A stretch of 41,943 nt of DNA from Candidatus Thorarchaeota archaeon SMTZ1-45 (GTDB lineage Archaea > Asgardarchaeota > Thorarchaeia > Thorarchaeales > Thorarchaeaceae): contig LRSL01000075.1 of the NCBI GenBank assembly GCA_001563335.1, positions 1 through 41,943 of the forward strand. The letters are read 5' to 3'. Positions 30,501 through 37,868 of this stretch are shown here, one piece after another (the first letter of the stretch is position 1; the number at the start of each line of letters is the position of its first letter). Position numbers and translations under genes: made by a program. The notes beneath the pieces are model-generated. The model was not told the DNA's origin. It saw nothing but the letters and a program-made list of their open reading frames with translations, and did not search any database.

Positions 30501-31361
30501 ATTCATTGTCCAAGTGCCATCCGCAACTTTTGGCAACCAGAAATTCAAAGGCACAGGAGCTACAACATATCCGACTTGTCTCGAGAAGTAGATCTGATTC
30601 CAGACAGAATAGTCCACAATTTCCCCATAAGGATCTATAAGCTCATGCGTAAGGAGCTCACTGCCAGTCCAATTGAACCTACCTTCAAGCCAGACTGCCC
30701 ATGAGGGCGGTGTAAAATTGATACTTGAAGGCGCCCCATATGTAACAGTTCCGCCAAACTCCAATATCTCTGATGCTTGATTCTGTAAAACGTGGGTAGC
30801 ACCACCAGTGATTGTTGAAGGTGTGTCATAATTCTCTTTCAACAACCCAATCACTGCGGTTGAACTACTACTCCATGCATTAGCTGCAAGCAATGATGCA
30901 ATCTCAGCGGCTGAAGAACCTGTAATTCGAGGATATATTTTGACACCAACATCCTGTTGTAGTTGTGAAAGATAGTTCTCGGAGAAATCACCAATTGCAA
31001 TTGCCTGTGTTACTCCACCATCTAGACTAAGATAGTCTGACCAATCTTCTAAGAGCCAAGACTCGCTCGGTGAACCTTCACTATAAATCAGAGGAGAAAT
31101 ATATTGAGTGTCATTGAAGTAGAAGACTGAAGTTGGAACAGCCGCCATATATGCAAACTCATCGACATATGAAGCGGGATTTGGTGAAACGAAGGCAACC
31201 CTTGCTAGTGGGACTTGGTCTGTTGGGACACCGCTCAGAATATGGCTTTTAGATACAGGGCTAAAAATAGAGAGTAAATAGTATCCAGATATTGGACCAA
31301 GCGACCCAACCATGAGAGCAATGAAAAGATAGGCAAGTGTTTTTTTCCTAGAGTTAGTCAT
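27552..31361 (-). CDS. Large cell-surface protein: CW_binding_2-like repeats, PPC-like beta domains, C25/gingipain (caspase-fold) protease domain, Ig domain, C-terminal TM
   Basis: N-terminal signal/TM after RKK; 'AAVLASLLNAPLLYV'; DLNLALIDPTG; PGRIP, STHG (His), TAC (Cys), LFGDP; TM followed by KKRR. Confidence 0.75.
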   Translation of the reverse strand: MTNSRKKTLAYLFIALMVGSLGPISGYYLLSIFSPVSKSHILSGVPTDQVPLARVAFVSPNPASYVDEFAYMAAVPTSVFYFNDTQYISPLIYSEGSPSESWLLEDWSDYLSLDGGVTQAIAIGDFSENYLSQLQQDVGVKIYPRITGSSAAEIASLLAANAWSSSSTAVIGLLKENYDTPSTITGGATHVLQNQASEILEFGGTVTYGAPSSINFTPPSWAVWLEGRFNWTGSELLTHELIDPYGEIVDYSVWNQIYFSRQVGYVVAPVPLNFWLPKVADGTWTMNITRDIAGTTTMDNEVVCHPGYARTVSVPVNAKWMNVSLQWDNVATDLNLALIDPTGRLAMWAPAGSILSNPGREIIRLPYPMPGDWTIIAAWMNANEEQNNINLSWTISSLPTDLEFYMESAANAAVLASLLNAPLLYVYEDQIPTETDWALTRLNVSNLYLVDPSNLQDGSLAALLSSYGALNNLISYPLVTSAIASLSGSRDVVVTVPVGNGNEFFAPAAFSAAVHGSPVFSLCGTNNELTTRAQETWAPYLIGPEINNIYVINKYENRAENGWYDERIPNKYSMMESEASFEAFLTSRGAYNSTFSQPIVVISPASLLPLSFDRSLQSHFNPGRIPATKSTTASILINRGLLHRFLFLTADQSDTSLVSMYAYTDGDSFIDNNYDYHVLYQIENTTDALEAAGFSIESHVGQNEVFQTLDSQVALWSLSTHGTLTELPRDPPDRPYGVGYFSLRNADAPYGFEESLTIRESPSDSYSLVNPVAFPEELANHVTKSSHDLDAAIGNIGSPIIILTACLLGGTEMPLMLMEHGAVAVTAAPRTVYFRPAGMLSVLLTQSLCAGSTISEALSYGLTTTSIDYSDPLIGRDPRDYANQQILFGDPSVQLYEPVTSPHVAAVNPLTSSFDGHVPGQGIGVVAALGVSSYLPSTLTSLSVVFDYYEVSNYTEFLRLLPLRHIVLVEPDTLDVLGPSLSSSSNVLDAYVRNGGVLVLFGVSESIPWLPWPMSYEATGSGTSITIVDATHPLLTSPNALSSTINYTGHFSSVWANLTVLATDGLNPVIVAGAVGSGKVAFSTTFPSGANQNTTIENAVYWSVIPSITLESVTLSQRIIWAGDDVTIFIELTDIVGAPIESADLDIWLNSSQVTAIETGNGFYSILLTGGWTQANTGQFDLYFIASKAGYDTLTLSIEQFILIRPFPWVMLGIIGGGLVIVVGGWVYWKKRRGDSIGWKRDSSPEDKQKEALQREKDSKSDVKEYFGV

Positions 31362-31462
31362 TAGGGGAGCACTCCGATAGAATTCACTATGACGAGGAAA
31401 TCTTAGTAAATAGAGTTTTCCCGTGGAAAACACCTAGCATTCAATTCAATGGTTTAGACAAT

Positions 31463-32329
31463 TTATTCATCCGCCTGAAACTCGAGAAGATCCTCGTCAA
31501 AATCATCATCGTCGCCTTCTTCTTCGTCAGTCTCTTCAGGCAATGCATCTGTTAATTCATCAATTACCCGCCGAAGCCTGCGGCGGGTGCTTTTTGGAAC
31601 ATCCCACATCTTTTGTTCCGCACGTTCAAGGACCTCTCTAGCTATATCGAATATCTCGGATTCGTAGTAATTCTGAGCTGCTTCTACAAAGAGCTCAGCC
31701 GCTTTCTTTTGATTGCCTGATGTTTCAGCAATATCACCGAGAAGTGAGCAAGCATCTGCAATCCCAGATTTATCATCAATCTCTCGGTAGACCTTCAAAG
31801 CTTTCTTGATTGTGGTTTCTGCTTCAGTCCAGTCTTCTTTGTCAGCATAGGCTGCACCCATATCCATAATAACGCTTGCAACGCCTTGCTCGTTCTCAAG
31901 TGATTTGTAAGCACGTTGAGCCTTTTTGAAGTGCTCCATGGCAGTTTCAAAGCTTCCTTGACCCAAGCTTGCCAAAGCTAGACCATAGATTGCATCAGCA
32001 GCACCACTCTCATTCGAAGTTTTCTCAAACATCTTTCTAGCAGATTCGAGCGTGGCAATTGCTTCATCCCATTGCTCCAAGTTAATCCGTGCGACTCCAA
32101 GGTTGTACATCGTGTCACAGATACCAGTTTCATCATTCAATTCTTTATAGATCTTTAAAGAGTCTTCAAAGCATTTGTGAGCCTCTTCAAATTCTGCTAC
32201 AGACATGTAGATATTACCAACTGCATTGAACATCTTTGCGGCTGTATCTTTTTCCCCAGCTTCTAGAGCTGAAGCAGCTTGTTCTAAAATTTCCGCAGGG
32301 TCGACATCTTCTAAATCTTCTTCGCTCAT
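31463..32329 (-). CDS. TPR-repeat protein with acidic termini
   Basis: About 40-aa repeats (G.IY....EEA..CFE.SL.IY.EL.D..G). AGGTGA RBS before ATG 32329. Confidence 0.88.
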   Translation of the reverse strand: MSEEDLEDVDPAEILEQAASALEAGEKDTAAKMFNAVGNIYMSVAEFEEAHKCFEDSLKIYKELNDETGICDTMYNLGVARINLEQWDEAIATLESARKMFEKTSNESGAADAIYGLALASLGQGSFETAMEHFKKAQRAYKSLENEQGVASVIMDMGAAYADKEDWTEAETTIKKALKVYREIDDKSGIADACSLLGDIAETSGNQKKAAELFVEAAQNYYESEIFDIAREVLERAEQKMWDVPKSTRRRLRRVIDELTDALPEETDEEEGDDDDFDEDLLEFQADE

Positions 32330-32455
32330 CAGGCTCACCTGAAATCATCATCGTTGGCGGGCTATATCGTTTTTGATTCTTTCTGAAAGACCGTATACTT
32401 TACACTGACATACATAGAAATAGCGCCAGATAGGGAGAATCTGGCTAAAACATAA

Positions 32456-33157
32456 CTAACGAGGCATCAATAGTACAGGATTCTCAAGGAGTGGTTTCAC
32501 AGAGTCCTTAACAAAGAACTGCTCATCGCCCACCTGCACTTCTAACAACTTTCTCAACTCAAATCTGCGGAGGTAGCCAACAGCTTGTTCACGTTCCAAG
32601 TTCAAATCCTTCATCAACTTATTCAGACCTTTCCTATCACCACTGTATTCAGCAAATTTGGAAAAGACAGAACTCCATTGCATCATCACTAAATAAAGAA
32701 GTGTTCGGAGCATGCTATCGACATTTTCTCCAGTTTTAGCTGAAACAGGAAAAACTGGAAGACCAGCAAGAAATCGAAGATTCTTTCGGAGTTGATCGAT
32801 AGGTCTGGATTCCGGCATGTCCTGTTTATTGGCGGCTACCACACAAGGCACACCTGGTAGGAAGAAGGCAATCTCTCTGAAAAACAACTTTGCGCGGGCA
32901 TCAGATTCAGGGTCGACAGAATCAACAACAAAAATGATTCCATCTGCACCTTCACTTAGTATCTTCCGCATAGTACGAAAACGGAGTAGTCCAGGGGTGC
33001 CAAACATAAAGACATTCAACCCATCTACGTTTGCAAGACCATGGTCCATAGCAATTGTAGTACCCCTACGTTCAACGTTGATGCATGCACCGTTAGTAAT
33101 GTGGTGAATCATCTTACTTTTGCCAGCTTCATAGGGACCTGTCACGACAATCTTCAT
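32456..33157 (-). CDS. MglA/CvnD-like small GTPase with C-terminal wHTH-like extension
   Basis: KIVVTGPYEAGKS, TTIAMDHG, FGTPGL, NKQD, SAK. AAACCTTATAA TATA at about 33213-33223. Confidence 0.85.
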   Translation of the reverse strand: MKIVVTGPYEAGKSKMIHHITNGACINVERRGTTIAMDHGLANVDGLNVFMFGTPGLLRFRTMRKILSEGADGIIFVVDSVDPESDARAKLFFREIAFFLPGVPCVVAANKQDMPESRPIDQLRKNLRFLAGLPVFPVSAKTGENVDSMLRTLLYLVMMQWSSVFSKFAEYSGDRKGLNKLMKDLNLEREQAVGYLRRFELRKLLEVQVGDEQFFVKDSVKPLLENPVLLMPR

Positions 33158-33303
33158 GCGACCACCGAATCCTCATGCCGTTTCGTTGTATTTCCAGTAT
33201 TCTGATGCTCATTATAAGGTTTGTAGTGCTATTATTGGTCTGATAAAAACAGGTGCCAGATAATTTCTTTGATACCGTACACTCTAAAAATCAGTGACAT
33301 GAT

Positions 33304-33380
33304 GAGACCGTCCGCTCGCAACGGCAGTCCTCAAACAGGGATCCCAAGGGCTTGCCCAGTCATCATGGGAACTCGGTCTC
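33304..33380 (-). promoter_or_regulatory. SECIS-like element (kink-turn, eukaryote-type AUGA/GA core) overlapping the selD stop
   Basis: UCC-CAU-GAU-GACUGGG-CAAG-CC(CUUG)GG-AU-CCCUGUU-UGA-GGA: 3-nt bulge, tandem G.A/A.G, U.U, apical AA; closed by GAGACCG/CGGUCUC. Confidence 0.7.
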
Positions 33381-34409
33381 GATAAACTGAACTTCTTGCG
33401 CAAGTCTAGCGCAAGGTGATCCTTTAGGTTTAACAACTTCACCAACAAGCCAACAAGGCAGATTCTTCTCCTTCAGGAACCCACGAAACTCATCCTCTTT
33501 GTTGGCATCTAAGAATACAAGCATTCCACCTGCAGTTTCAGCGCCATACCCAGTTGAGAGTCTGTGACCAAAGAACTCTGCGAGCTGAAGAGTACCATGA
33601 ATAATAGGAATCTGATTGATGACAACATCAACACCACTTAGTGAGCTGACATTTCCAGCATGCCCGAGAAGGCCGAATCCTGTCACATCAGTAGCAGCAT
33701 TCACTCCAACTTCTTGCATTGCTTGAGCTACTTCAAGGTTGCTGAATGTCATCACTCTAACAGCCACATCCTGCATTCGTTTCAGGTCAGATTCCTTGAA
33801 TTTAGATAAGAGAACATCACGTTTCTCATCTTGGAGGTCTCTATACGATCTCATCGCTGATTGTATCCCCAATGGTTTTGTCAGAAGAATCACATCACCA
33901 ACCTTAGCACCGTGCGAATAGACAATATCACGCGGATGAGCGACGCCAAGTGCAATCCCTCCAAAGACCGGGCAAGGATTCGTGATTGTCTGACCACCTG
34001 AGAGCTTTGCTCCATGACGCTCCATGAAACTCTTCATTCCTTTGAGGACTCCAACAACAATCTCTTGAGGCAGATCCTTAGGATAAGCTAAGAAAGCCTG
34101 CAGTGAAAGAATGTTGGTGACACCCATAGCGAAGACATCATTCGTAGCATTACACGCTATAATCTCACCTTGTATGAAAGGGTCATCGTGAATGGGTGTG
34201 AAAATATCCACATTTTCTACAATAGCCACATCTTCGTTAATAATGCGGACCACAGCATCATCGCCTATTTCCTGGGTTGTTGTAGAACCAGTAGGAAGTA
34301 GATCAGCTACTTGTAGAAGGCGAGTGAGATCATCTTGTGTGACCTTGCAGCTTCAACCATGAGAAGTTACCATTGCAGTTAGTCGTACTTCCCGCACTCG
34401 GTGACTCAT
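33363..34409 (-). CDS. selD: Selenophosphate synthetase, selenocysteine-containing (in-frame UGA at 34353-34355)
   Basis: Upstream frame reads RLTAMVTSHG-UGA-SCK...GDDAVV, then DIFTP, NDVFAMG, LTKPLG, TDVTGFGLLGH, ETAGGML. Start is ATG 34409 or GTG 34397. Confidence 0.95.
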
Positions 34410-34548
34410 CCTCCTTCAATTTCAAGGCAATTTTGCCCATTTCAAATCTATAGGAAGCGAGTAATAAGATTCTGGGTCAGGCTCACTTCACAAGCCTTAT
34501 AGCCATAGTAACGAAGCGATGCACCATACTACGAGAGTGTGATTAGAG

Positions 34549-35994
34549 TTGGATATCAAGAAGGTTTCAGAAAACATCCATGAAATTCCAAAAAACACAC
34601 AACCTTGTATGAAGGTCCCAGTTATAATATTTGCTTCAGATAGTCTTGTTCGAAAAATGAGGCAAGACGCGACCTTTCAACAAGCAGCAAATGCAGCATG
34701 CCTGCCAGGCATTTACAAGCATAGTATTGTGCTACCAGATGGTCATCAGGGTTATGGATTCCCTATAGGTGGAGTTGCTGCAACAGATTATGAATCAGGT
34801 GTGATTTCGCCAGGTGGTGTTGGTTATGACATCAACTGTGGGGTGCGTGTGTTAAGAACTAATTTAGATGAGAAGGATGTTCGGCCAAAGCTTAGGTCCC
34901 TAATTGACCAACTCTTCGAAGATGTGCCTACGGGGGTAGGGAAGCAAGGTAAGATTGATCTTAAAAATCATCGAGGAGTAGATGAGGTTCTTGTTAACGG
35001 ATCAAATTGGGCAGTGGAACAGGGATATGGATGGGAGGAGGACTTGGCTCACCAAGAGGCAAATGGAAAACTCGATATCGCAAATCCTTCGGACGTTCCG
35101 GAATCTGCCAAAAGCCGAGGTGTCAAACAAAGCGGCACTCTTGGATCAGGCAATCATTTTCTTGAGATTCAGGTGGTTGACGACATCTATGATGAAGAAG
35201 CAGCCAAGTTAATGGGTATCACTCGAAAGAAGCAAGTAATGATTATGATTCATAGCGGGTCTCGTGGTCTCGGACATCAGGTTTGCTCAGAATTCATCAA
35301 AATAATGACTCATGCAATGAGAAAATATAACATTGAAGTACCGGATCGAGAACTTTGTAGTGCACCTACAACCTCAAAGGAAGGACAGGCTTATCTGGGT
35401 GCAATGAGTGCAGCAGCAAATTATGCATTCGCAAATCGACAAACAATGACGCATTGGACAAGAGAGGCATTTGCGAAAGTGATGGGTAGCTCCCCTGAAG
35501 ATTTGGATATGGGACTAATTTACGATGTTGCTCATAATATGGGAAAGGTTGAGGAGCATGAAATTAATGGCAAGAGGACTAAGGTTGTGGTTCATAGAAA
35601 AGGTGCAACTCGAGCATTTCCACCAAGTCATCCTGAAGTCCCATTAAAGTATCGAGATATCGGACAGCCAGTTATCATACCAGGGACAATGGGTACTGCA
35701 TCTTACATCCTCATAGGAAACGAAAAGGCAATGGACTTGACGTGGGGTTCAACTGCTCATGGTGCAGGTCGGTTCTTAAGCCGTGCGAAGGCAAAGAAAC
35801 GATTCTTTGGGAAAGAGGTTCAGGAAGACCTTGCGCAGGAAGGGATTATAGTGAGAGCTACTAAGGGCATAGTAATTGCTGAAGAAGCACCAGGAGCCTA
35901 CAAAGACGTAGATGAAGTCGTAAAAGTATCTGATGCTGTAGGAATAGCAACGAAAGCTGTAAGACTACGCCCCATCGGAGTCATCAAAGGGTGA
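34549..35994 (+). CDS. rtcB: tRNA-splicing ligase RtcB
   Basis: PDGHQGYGFPIGG, GYDINCG, GSGNHF, HSGSRG, HRKGATRA, HGAGR, EEAPGAYK. Confidence 0.97.
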   Translation: MDIKKVSENIHEIPKNTQPCMKVPVIIFASDSLVRKMRQDATFQQAANAACLPGIYKHSIVLPDGHQGYGFPIGGVAATDYESGVISPGGVGYDINCGVRVLRTNLDEKDVRPKLRSLIDQLFEDVPTGVGKQGKIDLKNHRGVDEVLVNGSNWAVEQGYGWEEDLAHQEANGKLDIANPSDVPESAKSRGVKQSGTLGSGNHFLEIQVVDDIYDEEAAKLMGITRKKQVMIMIHSGSRGLGHQVCSEFIKIMTHAMRKYNIEVPDRELCSAPTTSKEGQAYLGAMSAAANYAFANRQTMTHWTREAFAKVMGSSPEDLDMGLIYDVAHNMGKVEEHEINGKRTKVVVHRKGATRAFPPSHPEVPLKYRDIGQPVIIPGTMGTASYILIGNEKAMDLTWGSTAHGAGRFLSRAKAKKRFFGKEVQEDLAQEGIIVRATKGIVIAEEAPGAYKDVDEVVKVSDAVGIATKAVRLRPIGVIKG

Positions 35995-36912
35995 GATTCT
36001 CGATCTTTCACGGGCTGCAATATCTGCCAAAACAAGAGCGATTCCAAACAGAATCACAAGAAATCCGATAATGGTTGTTGGCCCTGGAATCTGCAAGAAA
36101 ATTAGTGCAGCAAGAATTGCGGCGCCTATAGGTTCCCCAAGCACAGCTGAAGATACCACATAAGCTGGTACCTTTGTTAGAAGGTAATTATTGACAGAAT
36201 GGCCGAGAACAGTTGGAAAGATTGCCAGAGCTATGAAAATAGCGACTTCGGCAGGTTCGAATACTAGTAAGTTCAAATTAAATGTAACACAAATGGGAAT
36301 TGTAGAAAGTGCAGCTATGAAATAGATTATTGAAGTGTAGACGGTAATTGGCATATCTTTGGCAAATCGCCGACCTCCGATGAAATACATAGCAAGGAAG
36401 ACAGCTCCTGAAAGAGCAAGAAGGTCTCCGCTCAATGCCAAAGCTCCACTTCCTCCGAAATCACCCCAAGCCAGAAAGATCGCACCAGCCAAGGCAATAA
36501 GGATTCCAGCCCAAGATTTTCTTCGCAAAGATTCCCCAAGAAATAGACTTGAGAGAATTGCGGTAAAGATTGGAGATGAATCAACTAAGACCACACTTGC
36601 GGCAACAGTTGTCATAGTGAGCGATTGAAACCATGTACAAAAATGGAGCGACAATGTTATTCCGATTGCTGCAAGCCAATAATAATTCTCCTTTGTAACT
36701 ACCTTATTTAGTGACTTATAATCACCTCTTAAAGCTCCAATCGAAGCCATGAAAACAGCTCCGTATAGTGTTCTCCAAAAGACAATCACAAAAGGATGAG
36801 AAGAACTGAAGAGAATGAGAATACTTGCGCTTGACACCATCGTGACTGACAGAATTAATAATGGAATGACTTGCTTCTTGCTACTTGATGAATCAATAAG
36901 CGATTCAGCCAT
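35965..36912 (-). CDS. EamA/DMT family transporter
   Basis: About 10 TM helices in two repeats, FLGE, GD.LAL, EPI.A. Confidence 0.9.
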   Translation of the reverse strand: MAESLIDSSSSKKQVIPLLILSVTMVSSASILILFSSSHPFVIVFWRTLYGAVFMASIGALRGDYKSLNKVVTKENYYWLAAIGITLSLHFCTWFQSLTMTTVAASVVLVDSSPIFTAILSSLFLGESLRRKSWAGILIALAGAIFLAWGDFGGSGALALSGDLLALSGAVFLAMYFIGGRRFAKDMPITVYTSIIYFIAALSTIPICVTFNLNLLVFEPAEVAIFIALAIFPTVLGHSVNNYLLTKVPAYVVSSAVLGEPIGAAILAALIFLQIPGPTTIIGFLVILFGIALVLADIAARERSRISPFDDSDGA

Positions 36913-36916
36913 AGCC

Positions 36917-37420
36917 CTACACCTTTACCTGATGACTGCCTGAACCGCACCCAAGACATTTCAGACCATCCTCAAGTGCTTCTGCAACTTGAGCCTCACA
37001 AACAGGACATTTCTGAACTATCAAGTTCTCAAGATTGTGAGTCCGAAGTATTTTCTCAACATCATCCAGTGTGTTGTATTCAATGAGTACTTTGCCATCA
37101 GCTCCACGAACCATTTTTGACAGAGACTCAACTTCACCATGGAAAAACATCAAGACTGGTTTTACAAGGTCAATCGCTAGCATGATTTCCATTCCTACAC
37201 CGAGAGAAGGATTTGAAACTTCAGCAATTACAAAGTCGGACATTCTTACATTATGAACATCTCGTCTGTAAATTTCTTCAGGTGAAGCAGGACCAAGGAA
37301 TTGAGGCGCAAAGACAGCAAGTCCCAAGTCTTCAAGAATGGCTACAACTTTGGTGCAAAAATCATCTTTTCTTGCGGACTCTTTGATGATTGGAGCTGAC
37401 AAATAGACTAGCACCATCAT
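36917..37420 (-). CDS. Nucleoside 2-deoxyribosyltransferase/Rcl-like N-glycosidase with C-terminal zinc ribbon
   Basis: VYLSAP, IYRRD, SD.VIAEV, SLGVGMEI, S.MV; CPVC...CLGC. Confidence 0.8.
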   Translation of the reverse strand: MMVLVYLSAPIIKESARKDDFCTKVVAILEDLGLAVFAPQFLGPASPEEIYRRDVHNVRMSDFVIAEVSNPSLGVGMEIMLAIDLVKPVLMFFHGEVESLSKMVRGADGKVLIEYNTLDDVEKILRTHNLENLIVQKCPVCEAQVAEALEDGLKCLGCGSGSHQVKV

Positions 37421-37449
37421 GGAACCTCTTGTTATCCTAATTTTAATCG

Positions 37450-37809
37450 TTAATCTTCAGAATCTTTGGATTCAGTGGCTGAACCTATTTCAGATATGGA
37501 TGGAACAGATCCATCATCTACGAGAATTTCATATTTTCCAGAACGGCCAAGAGATAGTTGAACCTTGCCTCTCCATTCTTTTGCCCACCCATCGACGATC
37601 TTAATCACTTTCCCTGCAGAAAGATCAGAGCCTTCGCCAAATCCCCAGAGAGAAAGAATTGTGGATCCTGTACCATCAGCCACAAGAACCTCTGTGAGTT
37701 GAGTTTTCCTCCCTGTTCGAGTATTAATCATCTTGGGTGGTGCCACCGATACAATACGGACAACTAAATCCGTTACATTCTTCCCTGGTTCAACTTCTGA
37801 TAATTTCAA
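37450..37809 (-). CDS. Single OB-fold ssDNA-binding protein (SSB/RPA-like)
   Basis: LVADGTGS..LSLW, GWAKEWRGKVQLSLGR.G, acidic tail. TTG at 37809 after GAGGG. Confidence 0.85.
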   Translation of the reverse strand: MKLSEVEPGKNVTDLVVRIVSVAPPKMINTRTGRKTQLTEVLVADGTGSTILSLWGFGEGSDLSAGKVIKIVDGWAKEWRGKVQLSLGRSGKYEILVDDGSVPSISEIGSATESKDSED

Positions 37810-37868
37810 GCAGATTCCCTCAATGTAGCTGCAACATACTAGCAAATCAGTCTTTCCGCTTGTTAAAA

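Noticed and set aside
33291-33366. AUGAUGA...CUGA as a box C/D guide sRNA
   Set aside because: Guide spacing is wrong and there is no clear D' box; the K-turn is better explained as a SECIS.
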